Sequence record: DRR723986_20427
DNA: 47,116 bases
Direction: 5' to 3' (one strand)
Below the pieces are notes generated by a model. That model worked only from the letters and a program-made list of their open reading frames with translations, was not told the DNA's origin and did no database searches. The position numbers and the translations under genes are program-made. Shown here in pieces: positions 1-10,102 of the stretch; positions within the stretch are counted from its first letter, which is position 1, and every line of letters begins with the position of its first letter.

Positions 1-92
1 AAGTCACCAACTATTTTTGACCACATTACCTTTTTTAACTACTAGTTTATTTAAGGGTGATTGAGCTACGGACGAAAAACATTAAGCTTTTT

Positions 93-119
93 AAGCTCGG
101 ACTATAATCCGAGCTTTTT
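93..119 (+). terminator. Intrinsic terminator-like hairpin
   Basis: AAGCTCGGA-ctataa-TCCGAGCTT followed by a T-run on +; abuts the stop codon of the minus-strand cupin gene. Confidence 0.6.
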
Positions 120-641
120 TTAGGTTCGAGAATAGTCATCCTCAACTCTTACAATATCCTCTTCATTGGATGGGTGCTGAGGATCTATATGCATCCAAAT
201 TTCTGCAACTATTCCCCACGAATCCAATCCAACCAATCGATGCCTTTCACCTTGTGCCAGAGAAATAGTTTTACCAAGTTCTAATTTCTCCAAGTTCCCA
301 AGTTCATCTGTTGGGCTCCTTACTATACCAGCCTCTCCATCAATTAGCTTCCAGATCTCTGCTCTTCGATGATGGTATTGCCATGAAAGCCGGGCTCCTG
401 GTGCCACCAATAGAAATTTCGGACTAAGTTTCTGAGATAATTGATGTTCAGATAATTCAACGTCTTGGAAAAACATTTTAGCAAATTCTCGAATTTGGCT
501 TTCATCCAATACGAAAAAACCGCCCCAAGGCCTTTTATCATCCTTAACTGCAATTCTGAAACCTTTAACATTCAAAAAGTCCTCAACTCTCTGAAATACC
601 TCATTTTCATTTAGTTGGCTATTTTTATCAAGTAAATCCAT
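120..641 (-). CDS. Cupin-fold sugar-phosphate isomerase-like protein (mannose-6-phosphate isomerase type II C-terminal-like)
   Basis: RPWGGF, LSWQYHHRRAEIW, GERHRL and EEDIVRVEDDYSR motifs; start moved to MDLLDK (641) because a promoter -7 element lies at 665-672. Confidence 0.75.
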   Translation of the reverse strand: MDLLDKNSQLNENEVFQRVEDFLNVKGFRIAVKDDKRPWGGFFVLDESQIREFAKMFFQDVELSEHQLSQKLSPKFLLVAPGARLSWQYHHRRAEIWKLIDGEAGIVRSPTDELGNLEKLELGKTISLAQGERHRLVGLDSWGIVAEIWMHIDPQHPSNEEDIVRVEDDYSRT

Positions 642-664
642 GTCTGTATTAAAAATGTGAATGT

Positions 665-672
665 CAAAAATA
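665..672 (-). promoter_or_regulatory. Bacteroidota primary-sigma -7 element
   Basis: TATTTTTG on - strand matches TAnnTTTG, about 24 nt upstream of the ATG at 641. Confidence 0.55.
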
Positions 673-758
673 ATTAAATCATAGAGAAAATGCATTCCTT
701 AAAAAAAATATCACATTTAGAATCTTTTGTAAAAAAACCTAAGCCACACACCTTGTAA

Positions 759-776
759 TTGGCCGATATCATGAAA
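759..776 (+). promoter_or_regulatory. Candidate sigma54-like element upstream of ROK regulator operon
   Basis: TTGGCCGATATCATGAAA, GG-N10-GA. Confidence 0.35.
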
Positions 777-790
777 TTTAATCTACCATT

Positions 791-811
791 ACCTTATTTT
801 TTTAATAAAGT
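791..811. promoter_or_regulatory. Candidate ROK operator palindrome
   Basis: ACCTTATT-N5-AATAAAGT, a 7/8 inverted repeat 50 nt upstream of the ROK regulator. Confidence 0.45.
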
Positions 812-860
812 ACTTTTTTGAAATTCAAAAATTGCCGTAATTCAGGCATAACTTACACCT

Positions 861-2099
861 ATGCACTTAATAAATCCACAAGAAATAATCCAAAAAATGG
901 ATGGAGTGGTAGAAATAAAAAGCTACCTAAATAAAATTAAGATTATTAAGAACCTCTATACTAAGGGTGCAAATACTGCAAGCGAAATTTGCGCTGAGGT
1001 CGGAATCTCCTTACCTACCGTCAACTCCCTACTTGGTGATTTGATTACCAGTGGAGAAGTTATCAAGCAGGGACGAGCTGAATCTCAAGGTGGTCGCAAG
1101 CCAGATTTATATAGACTGGCCCCCGATGCTTTTTATGTGCTTTCTGTCGATCTTTCTAAGTTCAATATGAATCTTGCACTTTATTCATGCAATCAAACCC
1201 TGACTACCACCAAGGAAAGTCATAGAATAAGCCTAGACAACGAAAAGGAAACCTTTGATCGCATATGTACTCTTATAGAAGCATATCTAGAAAAAACAGG
1301 AATTCCGGCTCATAAAGTAATCGCGATGGGCTTTTCGATGCCAGGTTTGACAGATTCAGTTGGAGGGGTGAATTATACTTATCTAAGATTTGGGAATAAA
1401 ACGCTCCTAGAGAACTTGGAATCTAGATTTTCTAAGAAAATATTCTTGGAAAATGATGCGCGAGCGATGACACTTGCAGAATATAAATTCGCAACGGATG
1501 GCAGTCATAAGAATGTACTTGGACTTTTTATCGGATGGGGAATTGGTCTAGGGATTATCATTGATGGGAAGTTATATCAGGGCGCATCTGGTTTTGCAGG
1601 AGAATTTAGCCATTCGCCTATCTTTGAATCCAGAGATGTAACCTGCATATGTGGAAAGAAGGGTTGCTTAGAGGCTGTGGCCTCAGGGACAGCTATCGTG
1701 AAAATGGCTGAAGAGGCTATAAAACTAGATAAGGACAGCATACTAGCCAGAATGGCTCGAAATCATGAAGGCGATATAATGCCAAATCTAGTGGTAGATG
1801 CCGCTTTATCAGGAGATCAAAGAGCGATTACCATCCTCTCTGAAGCAGGTCTTGACCTCGGTAGAGGGATCTCAATGCTCATCCAGGTACTAAATCCTGA
1901 ATTAATAATAATCGGCGGATCAGTAGCAGAAGCAAATCAATATTTAATTACTCCAATTCAACAGGCTTTAAATATTTACAGTATGGCTAAGTCACGTGAA
2001 AAGTCTAAGATCGCCCTATATCAATTAGGTGAAGATGTTGGTCTTTTAGGTGGAGTTGCCGTTGTAAACGAAAAACTATTCGAAGATGTAATCAATTGA
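861..2099 (+). CDS. ROK family transcriptional regulator (NagC/XylR-like)
   Basis: N-terminal HTH followed by SQGGRKP; ENDARA, GWGIGLG and GEFSH motifs; Zn motif CICGKKGCLE. Confidence 0.92.
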   Translation: MHLINPQEIIQKMDGVVEIKSYLNKIKIIKNLYTKGANTASEICAEVGISLPTVNSLLGDLITSGEVIKQGRAESQGGRKPDLYRLAPDAFYVLSVDLSKFNMNLALYSCNQTLTTTKESHRISLDNEKETFDRICTLIEAYLEKTGIPAHKVIAMGFSMPGLTDSVGGVNYTYLRFGNKTLLENLESRFSKKIFLENDARAMTLAEYKFATDGSHKNVLGLFIGWGIGLGIIIDGKLYQGASGFAGEFSHSPIFESRDVTCICGKKGCLEAVASGTAIVKMAEEAIKLDKDSILARMARNHEGDIMPNLVVDAALSGDQRAITILSEAGLDLGRGISMLIQVLNPELIIIGGSVAEANQYLITPIQQALNIYSMAKSREKSKIALYQLGEDVGLLGGVAVVNEKLFEDVIN

Positions 2100-2129
2100 T
2101 TGGGGCTAAACTTCGAAGTTTCAAAACAC

Positions 2130-5100
2130 ATGAATTTCCTTAACAAATCTAAGACAGTCCTATTACTGAGTTTAGGGTCTTTCATATTTCTTAAGCCAGT
2201 CCTTCCTCTTCACGCTCAATCTTCTTCTGCGAATTTTGAAAAAATCTCCAATAAAAAATCCGGGATTACTTTCAAAAATCAACTGAAAGAAGATGAAAAG
2301 AACAATATTCTTCGCTATGAATACTTCTATAACGGCGGTGGAGTAGCAGTGGGTGACTTGGATAATGATGGCTTGGAAGATCTATTTTTCACAGCAAACA
2401 TGTCTTCCAATAAGATTTACCGAAATCTTGGGAAGTGGAAATTCGAAGACAAAACAAAATCAGCCGGAGTCGCTGGTAAGGACGTCTGGACCACTGGCGT
2501 CAGTATGGCAGACGTGAACGGAGATGGCCTATTAGATATCTACGTCTGCTATTCAGGTAAAGGAACTCCCGCAAAAAGGGGAAATGAACTCTGGATTAAT
2601 CAAGGGGATTTTACTTTCAAGGACGAAGCAGAAGCATATGGATTAGCTGATCAATCCAATAGTACGCAAGGCTTATTTTTTGATTTTGATCGAGATGGAG
2701 ATCTAGACTTGTATTTGTTGAATCATCACATTGAAGCCATAAATGAGCTTGAATTTAGTGATGTAAAAACTATCAGACACCCTTATGCAGGTGACAAGCT
2801 ATTTAGAAATGATAGCGGTAAATTCATTGATATAAGTGAACAGGCTGGCATCCAAGGTTCCGCATTAGGTTTTGGCTTGGGTATAGTCTCATCAGATGTC
2901 AATCAAGATGGTTGGCCAGACATCTTGATAACTAATGACTACATAGAGCCTGATTATCTCTATATCAATAATGGCGACGGTACATTTACCGATCGATTGA
3001 AGGAATATTTTCAGCACATCTCCCACTTTTCAATGGGAGCGGACATATCGGACATCAATAATGATGGAAGACCTGACATCTATACATTAGATATGCTCCC
3101 AAAAGACAATGAGCGCCAAAAGCTACTTTATGGACCAGAAAATTACGAGCAATATGCCTTGATGATACAGGAGGGATTTCACCATCAAAGTATGAGAAAT
3201 ATGCTCCAGGTTAGTCAAGGCGATGGATTATTTGCAGAAGTAGGTCAACTCGCTGGTATTTCCAATAGTGACTGGAGCTGGTCAGCCTTATTTTTTGATG
3301 CAACAAATAATGGAAAAAAAGACCTTTTCATTACAAACGGCTACTATAGGGACTATACCAACAGAGATTTTTTAAAGTATAAAGGAGATTACTATTTCAA
3401 ACAGGCGATTGCCAATGAGAAAGCGGATACGCTACACTTGGTCACCACGATGACCTCCACTCCTATTCATAATTACTTTTACGAAAATACCGGAGAATTA
3501 AATTTCGTAGATAGATCATTAGATTGGGGATTTGAAGAAAAGGGATTTTCGAGTGGAGCGGTTTACTCGGATTTAGATAATGACGGAGATCTAGATTTGG
3601 TAGTCAATAACCTGAATGAGCAAGCCTCTATTTATGAAAATGTCAGTCCTTCGAAAAATTGGTTACAAATTTCACTAAAAGACAATTCTTTAAACTCATT
3701 TGCAATAGGAGCAAAAGTCGAACTATTCACAGGTAAAGAAAATCAAACTATTGATAAACAAACAGTTAGAGGATTTCAGTCTTCAGTTAGCTCTAGACTT
3801 CAGTTTGGATTAGGCGAACTCTCACATGTTCCTTCTATTCAAATTACCTGGCCAGACGGCACTCAACAATACCTAGAGAATATACCCTCTAATCAGCATC
3901 TCACTATTGAAAAAGATAGTTTTCAAGGAGCAAAACCTGCTACAAAACCATCTCCTATACTCGATAAAAGCAACTTTGCCCCAACATACATCCCTGAGCC
4001 AAATCAGTTCAATGACTTCAAGCGTCAGCCTCTGATGCTTACCATGCCAAGCCATATCAGCCCAATTTTATCCCAAGGTGACATAAATGGAGACGGCAAT
4101 CCAGAGCTATTTATCGGGGGATCAAAAGGACAAGCTGGTAAAATCATGACCTACGAAAACGAAACTTGGAAGAGCTATTCTGGTTTTAGATCTTCTAATG
4201 AATTCACCGATGCCGTGGCTATTTTTGAGGATTTCAATGGAGATGGCAAGCAAGACTTATTTATCGGAAGCGGGGGATATCATGACTATTTAGGCTCCGA
4301 TGAGTCACTACAGGATAGACTTTATTTGAATGATGGGTTGGGTAATTTGACCAGACAACCTTCATTTCCTACTTATACATTAAGCACGGGGACTGCCCAG
4401 GCTTTCGATGCAAACGAAGATGGTCACCTAGACCTATTTATCGGGGCTAGACTTATCCCAGGGCGATATCCAATTATCCCTACTAGTAAATTACTCATCA
4501 ATGATGGTCAGGGAAATTTCACCGATCAGACTATTCAGTATTTACCTAATGAAGGGATAATAGGATTAATCACTTCCTCACAGGTGATTGATTTGAATTC
4601 AGACGGTAAAATGGATTTGGTTTTGGCGGGTGAATACATGCCAATCACCATTATGATTAATACAGGAAACAGATTTGAAAATCAAACCTCAACATACATC
4701 AAAACAGATCTTTCTGGCTGGTGGAACACACTAGTCAAGGCAGATATTGACAATGATGGAGACATGGATTTGATAGCTGGGAATTTTGGTTTAAACTCAC
4801 AATTTGAAGCGAATGAGAATAAAAAGCTTCGATTGTATGCCGCTGATTTCGACCAAAATGGATCAATCGATCCTATCCTAGAATGCTTTGTTGGAGACAA
4901 AATGTATCCTTACCCAAGTCGGGATGAATTATTGGATCAAATGGCAAGTATGAGAAGTCGATTCACGGATTACGCTTCCTACTCCAAAGCGACAATGACG
5001 GATCTTTTTACAGTGAAGGAGTTAGAAAGCTCCCAAATTCTGGAGGCAAACACCTTAGAATCAGTTGTTTTAGAAAATACTGGAAATGGGCTTGACGTTA

Positions 5101-5417
5101 AATCTCTCCCTAGAATAGCACAATCATTTCCTGTCTTTAGCATTTTACCCATTGACTTAAATCAGGATGGTCATATGGATTTGATTTTAGGAGGTAATCA
5201 ATCTTATACCCGCATACGTATTGGTTTGATGGATGCTGGATTAGGTTTGGTGCTTATCGGTGATGGTAACGGAAACTTCTCCCCTTTAAGTCCTTCAGAA
5301 TCTGGCCTAGCAATAAAAGGAGATATAAAATCCATTTTACCATTTAAAACGGCTTCAGGAACAGAGCTACTTTTCGGAATCAATCAGAAACCTTTGGAAA
5401 GCTACACGATTAAATGA
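2130..5417 (+). CDS. FG-GAP/VCBS repeat protein with ASPIC/UnbV domain (CRTAC1-like), secreted
   Basis: Signal peptide; many DxDxDGxxD repeats; YFYNGGGVAVGD; AIGAKV...RGFQSS...LQFGLG...ITWPDG ASPIC/UnbV segment; ATG at 2130 preferred. Confidence 0.88.
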   Translation: MNFLNKSKTVLLLSLGSFIFLKPVLPLHAQSSSANFEKISNKKSGITFKNQLKEDEKNNILRYEYFYNGGGVAVGDLDNDGLEDLFFTANMSSNKIYRNLGKWKFEDKTKSAGVAGKDVWTTGVSMADVNGDGLLDIYVCYSGKGTPAKRGNELWINQGDFTFKDEAEAYGLADQSNSTQGLFFDFDRDGDLDLYLLNHHIEAINELEFSDVKTIRHPYAGDKLFRNDSGKFIDISEQAGIQGSALGFGLGIVSSDVNQDGWPDILITNDYIEPDYLYINNGDGTFTDRLKEYFQHISHFSMGADISDINNDGRPDIYTLDMLPKDNERQKLLYGPENYEQYALMIQEGFHHQSMRNMLQVSQGDGLFAEVGQLAGISNSDWSWSALFFDATNNGKKDLFITNGYYRDYTNRDFLKYKGDYYFKQAIANEKADTLHLVTTMTSTPIHNYFYENTGELNFVDRSLDWGFEEKGFSSGAVYSDLDNDGDLDLVVNNLNEQASIYENVSPSKNWLQISLKDNSLNSFAIGAKVELFTGKENQTIDKQTVRGFQSSVSSRLQFGLGELSHVPSIQITWPDGTQQYLENIPSNQHLTIEKDSFQGAKPATKPSPILDKSNFAPTYIPEPNQFNDFKRQPLMLTMPSHISPILSQGDINGDGNPELFIGGSKGQAGKIMTYENETWKSYSGFRSSNEFTDAVAIFEDFNGDGKQDLFIGSGGYHDYLGSDESLQDRLYLNDGLGNLTRQPSFPTYTLSTGTAQAFDANEDGHLDLFIGARLIPGRYPIIPTSKLLINDGQGNFTDQTIQYLPNEGIIGLITSSQVIDLNSDGKMDLVLAGEYMPITIMINTGNRFENQTSTYIKTDLSGWWNTLVKADIDNDGDMDLIAGNFGLNSQFEANENKKLRLYAADFDQNGSIDPILECFVGDKMYPYPSRDELLDQMASMRSRFTDYASYSKATMTDLFTVKELESSQILEANTLESVVLENTGNGLDVKSLPRIAQSFPVFSILPIDLNQDGHMDLILGGNQSYTRIRIGLMDAGLGLVLIGDGNGNFSPLSPSESGLAIKGDIKSILPFKTASGTELLFGINQKPLESYTIK

Positions 5418-6748
5418 GTCGATATTTAATAAAATCATTTGCCCTACTTACGCTGATTTGCTCGGTGACGAATGCTTCGCTAGCGAAGCCAAAAGAAATC
5501 AATTGGCCGAAAGTGTACGCACAAGAACTCTTTCACATCACCGAAGTGATGGTGACTGATGTAGCGAGCCCTCCTGTCGCAGCTAGAATCTATGCTTATT
5601 CCAACCTTGCTGCATACTTGGTTACCAAGGAATCCGGAAAAGCATTTGAAAACCAAAACATCCTAGATCAAACCTACCTAGCGGGTCATGATTGGGAAAT
5701 CACATATCCAGAAATTAGTTCCCCTGAGTTTGCAGCTATCTACGCGATGCTGAAAGTAGGGGAATCCATCATGCCTTCAGGATATCTATTGAAAGAAAAA
5801 CAAGATGCATGGGTTGAAGCTGCTTTAAAAGCAAAAATAATCACAAAGAAATCAATGCAGGCGAATTTGGACTTTGCCTCTCTCGTTGCTAAAAAAGTGA
5901 TGGATGTTGCTAAAAAAGATGGCTATTTACAACTATCCACGTTACCTAGATATACACCTCAGAAGGGAGAAGGCTTTTGGTACCCAACCCCACCTGCCTA
6001 CATCGCTGCGGTAGAACCAGAATGGGAAACGATAAAGCCTTTTTTCATACAGGACCTAGAGGAGTATAAACCCACTCCAATGGCACCTTTTGATATGACA
6101 GAAGGTAGTTCTTTTCACACCCAATTGATGGAAGTCTATACCACCACCAATGAGCTCAATGAAGAGAGAAAGCTGATTGCCAACTTCTGGGACTGTAATC
6201 CCTTCAAGGTTGAATTCTCAGGCCACATGGCTATAGGGGTAAAGAAAATATCTCCTGGTGGGCACTGGGTAGGTATCACTGGAATTGCTGCGCAAAAAGC
6301 CGAGTTATCTTTTGAAGAGACTGCTTATGTACATGCATTAGTCGCAATGACACTTCATGATGCCTTTATTTCCTGCTGGAAAGCTAAATACGACACAGAT
6401 AGAATCCGGCCCGAAACTGTGATCAATCAGCAACTAGATCAACGCTGGAGACCAATACTACAAACTCCTCCTTTTCCAGAGTACACTTCTGGACATTCTG
6501 TAATCAGTAGAGCGTCTGCAGTAATTTTAACCGGTTATTTCGGTGATAATTTTGATTTTATTGACAGTTCAGAAACCTACTTTGGATTACCAGAAAGACC
6601 GTTTCCTTCCTTTCTTTATGCTTCTGAAGAAGCCGCCATTTCCAGACTTTATGGAGGAATTCATTTTAGAGATGCCATCGAAGAGGGCGTCAAACAAGGT
6701 GAGAAAATTGGGAATATGATCTGGGAAAAGGTTGTATTAGAAAATTAG
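5414..6748 (+). CDS. Vanadium-dependent haloperoxidase-like protein (PAP2 superfamily), secreted
   Basis: K-x6-RP (KYDTDRIRP), PPFPEYTSGHS and SRLYGGIHF motifs; signal peptide; ATGA overlap with upstream gene. Confidence 0.85.
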   Translation: MSRYLIKSFALLTLICSVTNASLAKPKEINWPKVYAQELFHITEVMVTDVASPPVAARIYAYSNLAAYLVTKESGKAFENQNILDQTYLAGHDWEITYPEISSPEFAAIYAMLKVGESIMPSGYLLKEKQDAWVEAALKAKIITKKSMQANLDFASLVAKKVMDVAKKDGYLQLSTLPRYTPQKGEGFWYPTPPAYIAAVEPEWETIKPFFIQDLEEYKPTPMAPFDMTEGSSFHTQLMEVYTTTNELNEERKLIANFWDCNPFKVEFSGHMAIGVKKISPGGHWVGITGIAAQKAELSFEETAYVHALVAMTLHDAFISCWKAKYDTDRIRPETVINQQLDQRWRPILQTPPFPEYTSGHSVISRASAVILTGYFGDNFDFIDSSETYFGLPERPFPSFLYASEEAAISRLYGGIHFRDAIEEGVKQGEKIGNMIWEKVVLEN

Positions 6749-6774
6749 ATTGACTTAAAGTAACCACGAAAAAT

Positions 6775-8217
6775 ATGCGTTTCCATCTCACCATTTACCT
6801 TTTTTCATTCCTTCTAACCTCAGTAGTAGTTAGTTCTTGCAAGACAAAACCTGAGGAAAAGGACACAGCTGAAACAACCAATAAACCAAATATTGTCTTG
6901 ATTTTCGCAGATGATTTAGGTTATGGAGATTTGGGAGTTTATGGAGCTACAGAATGGAAAACGCCCAATCTGGATCAGCTCGCAGCAGATGGTGTACGAT
7001 TCACTCAATTTTATGTTCCTCATGCAGTTTGCTCTGCATCGAGAGCAGCTTTGCTAACTGGTACCTACGCCAACAGATTAGAAATATTCGGCGCGTTGGA
7101 CCATACCGCAACTCATGGTTTAAATCCTGATGAAACTACGATTGCTGAGATGCTTAAAGGTAATGGCTACGCAACCGGGATGGTCGGAAAGTGGCATTTG
7201 GGACATCTCCCTCCTTTTTTACCTACTGAGCAAGGTTTTGATTCTTATTATGGGCTTCCTTACTCTAATGATATGTGGCCACATCATCCAGAGGCAAAGG
7301 ATTATTATCCACCGCTACCGCTTTACCGAAACACCGCTGTGATCGATACACTTGATGATCAAAGTATGTTGACCACGAATTATACTGAGGAGGCCATTAA
7401 GTTTATAGAGAAAAGTAAAGATGAACCATTCTTCCTGTATTTGGCGCATAGCATGACTCATGTGCCACTTTTTGTATCTGATAAGTTCAAAGGTAAATCC
7501 GAGCAAGGGCTTTATGGAGATGTCATGATGGAGGTGGATTGGTCAGTCGGTCAGGTAAGGAAGAAACTGGAGGATTTAGGATTAGCTGAGAATACAATCA
7601 TCATTTTCACCTCTGATAATGGGCCTTGGCTCTCTTACGGAGGTCATGCAGGACTTACAGGAGGTCTCAAAGAAGGCAAAGGCACCTCTTGGGATGGGGG
7701 AATCCGTGAACCGGGAATCTTTGTCTGGCCAAATCATTTTCCAGCTGGTAAGGTCGAAAAGCAAGCGGCTATGACGATAGACATCCTACCAACACTCGCT
7801 GAAATTACGGGCTCGAAATTACCTGAGTTAGCAATTGATGGTAGAAGTATACTTCCTATTCTGGAAGGAAAAGCAATTGAGCCAAAACCCTATTTTGCTT
7901 ACTACAATAGAAATGAATTACAGGCTGTAATTTATGGGAAATGGAAAATGGTTTTTCCTCACACCTACAGAAGTATCCCAGAAGGAACAGAAATGCGAAA
8001 TGATGGAATTCCTGTAAAATACCACATGTTGAAGCTGGACAATGCTGAGCTTTTCGATCTTTCAATCGATCCGAATGAAACGTCTGATGTCTCAGATAGC
8101 AATCCTGAAATCGTTTCTAAGCTAATTCAGTTTGCTGATGAAGCTAGAGCAGATATGGGTGATGCTTTGACAGAATCAGAAGGAAAAGGGTTAAGAAAGC
8201 ATGGAAGATTGGAATAG
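6775..8217 (+). CDS. Formylglycine-dependent (S1) sulfatase, lipoprotein
   Basis: PNIVLIFADDLGYGD, CSASRAALLTG, GKWHLG and FTSDNG motifs; lipobox VSSC. Confidence 0.92.
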   Translation: MRFHLTIYLFSFLLTSVVVSSCKTKPEEKDTAETTNKPNIVLIFADDLGYGDLGVYGATEWKTPNLDQLAADGVRFTQFYVPHAVCSASRAALLTGTYANRLEIFGALDHTATHGLNPDETTIAEMLKGNGYATGMVGKWHLGHLPPFLPTEQGFDSYYGLPYSNDMWPHHPEAKDYYPPLPLYRNTAVIDTLDDQSMLTTNYTEEAIKFIEKSKDEPFFLYLAHSMTHVPLFVSDKFKGKSEQGLYGDVMMEVDWSVGQVRKKLEDLGLAENTIIIFTSDNGPWLSYGGHAGLTGGLKEGKGTSWDGGIREPGIFVWPNHFPAGKVEKQAAMTIDILPTLAEITGSKLPELAIDGRSILPILEGKAIEPKPYFAYYNRNELQAVIYGKWKMVFPHTYRSIPEGTEMRNDGIPVKYHMLKLDNAELFDLSIDPNETSDVSDSNPEIVSKLIQFADEARADMGDALTESEGKGLRKHGRLE

Positions 8218-8233
8218 GGCAAATTGATGAAAC

Positions 8234-10090
8234 CTAATACTCTCCTTTCCAATCAATTTGCTTGGAGAAAGGATCTAAAAGTTCATCCAAAATCACCGAA
8301 ACTTGCTCTCTGCTCAGGTTCATTTCTGTAGTGAACTCTCCACCTATCCCTCTACCTTTCCAAGCTTGGGCAATTTCCAACAATGGCGTATTTGGTTTGA
8401 TCATTTCAAGTATAACTTGTAATCTCAGTCCAGTCAAATAATCTCCAGATGCTCCCCAAAAATCTTTTAGCTCAGAATAAAGAGGCCTTAATCCATTCAC
8501 TAATTCATATTCAGTGACCAATCGATCAGGATAAAACCAAGTTTGATTAGCCCAGAGATAAGGAACTCCCTCCCCTTTCAAAATCCCAGTTGCCCCAATT
8601 TTTTGCATTGCAGCAAAATTTTTGTCATTAGGATTCACATCGATGAATGGCATGATATAGGCATGTTGGGATAGCAATATTGCCTGAACCTCTCTGATAG
8701 AAACCTCATTAAGTTTTTTCTTTTCCTTAACTGCAACAGAAGCCAAAACACCTGCAGCTTGTCCAATGCCTAACACTACTGGCTGGAGTCGTGTCGCTCC
8801 ATTCACAATATTTGAAACTGAGATACTCTTTTCTGCAAGAATCAACGCTGGGTGATCCTTTGGAATCAAAGCCCCCAACGGAACATTGTAAGATGGAACA
8901 CGAATTTTGATAAAATCAATTGCTGGAGCTTCTGGATTCTTCTTATGATGATGGTCAATGGTATAATCTCCTACCACGACGCCGGTTCGATATAAAGGAT
9001 TTGTTGCTTCATATGGTGTACGCACATAAGGCAAGGTAAAATCAACCAACCCAAAAAATCTTCTAGATTCCCTGTGATATGGAATCATTGGCAGATCATC
9101 TTCTGTTGGGTATTCATCCTCTGCTATTCCTAAATGGGAGTAGCCAAGTTCATGTTGGATATAATAGATAAATCTCAGACTAGCCTGCTTTGCTGCCTCC
9201 AGAGCAACTCTGCGCTCCTCTGGATTCATCTCTACAATGTTCAAATAGTAATCATTCCCGCAATTCGGCCAATTGATCATGTATTTTCCATTGGGTAGCT
9301 TACCATAACTCAGCATTTTGTCACAATCTAAAGTGGGAGCATTCTCTGAAATAGGATCAGCATGTGCACAAGCACAGGCAAACTCAGCTGGATCATAATT
9401 AGCTGGTTTTTGAATAGTCTTAGTTGCCCCTTTTCCATAATCCTGAAGTGTGACCACATAAGTGAGATCTTGGATTATCCTATTACTTTCTGCTGGCGCA
9501 AAGCTTTCCCCAATTTCATCTCGTGCATCCATCCCAAGACGGTATGCTAAACCTTGTGAAGCAGCCACATCACCGAGCTCTGTGGCATCAATTAACATAG
9601 GTGCTTCCACCGTTAGCAACTCTCCTTTATATAGATACGTAATGGTCCAACCCCTATTAGAGTAGTCAGCTGTCTTCCAGTCACTTTCGAGGGAGACAGT
9701 CAAAGCGCTTACCGACTTAGCCATATCCTGAAGTATTTGGCTTGCCACTTTAGGTTCAAAAAGTGTATTACTCACCCACCCGGTAGAAAGCTTATCCGGG
9801 CCACCATAATGCTCTTCTAATCGCGCTTTGAACTCGCCCCAGACTCCGGAAGGCAAGCGATGATTTCCATCAATTGCGGAAACCCCGGCAGATGTAAGCA
9901 TTCCTCCAAGCCAAACAGTTGGCTCAATAATCAATGTTTTAGTACCTAACCTACCAGCAGAAATACCAGCGGCAGTACCACTTGCTCCACCTCCAATTAT
10001 GATTAAATCATACTTTTGTTGGCCAAAAATAGGCGTGACAGCCCAAATAAATAGACAAACAAGAATTGCATTAAATCTAATTGCACTCAT
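8234..10090 (-). CDS. Secreted FAD-dependent oxidoreductase
   Basis: Signal peptide; IIGGGASG Rossmann motif; LGGMLTSAGV, IDATELGD and RESRR motifs. Confidence 0.8.
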   Translation of the reverse strand: MSAIRFNAILVCLFIWAVTPIFGQQKYDLIIIGGGASGTAAGISAGRLGTKTLIIEPTVWLGGMLTSAGVSAIDGNHRLPSGVWGEFKARLEEHYGGPDKLSTGWVSNTLFEPKVASQILQDMAKSVSALTVSLESDWKTADYSNRGWTITYLYKGELLTVEAPMLIDATELGDVAASQGLAYRLGMDARDEIGESFAPAESNRIIQDLTYVVTLQDYGKGATKTIQKPANYDPAEFACACAHADPISENAPTLDCDKMLSYGKLPNGKYMINWPNCGNDYYLNIVEMNPEERRVALEAAKQASLRFIYYIQHELGYSHLGIAEDEYPTEDDLPMIPYHRESRRFFGLVDFTLPYVRTPYEATNPLYRTGVVVGDYTIDHHHKKNPEAPAIDFIKIRVPSYNVPLGALIPKDHPALILAEKSISVSNIVNGATRLQPVVLGIGQAAGVLASVAVKEKKKLNEVSIREVQAILLSQHAYIMPFIDVNPNDKNFAAMQKIGATGILKGEGVPYLWANQTWFYPDRLVTEYELVNGLRPLYSELKDFWGASGDYLTGLRLQVILEMIKPNTPLLEIAQAWKGRGIGGEFTTEMNLSREQVSVILDELLDPFSKQIDWKGEY

Positions 10091-10102
10091 TTTATATGGT
10101 GA

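Noticed and set aside
1-64. Possible 3' end of an upstream + strand gene
   Set aside because: Only about 20 open codons; cannot be supported
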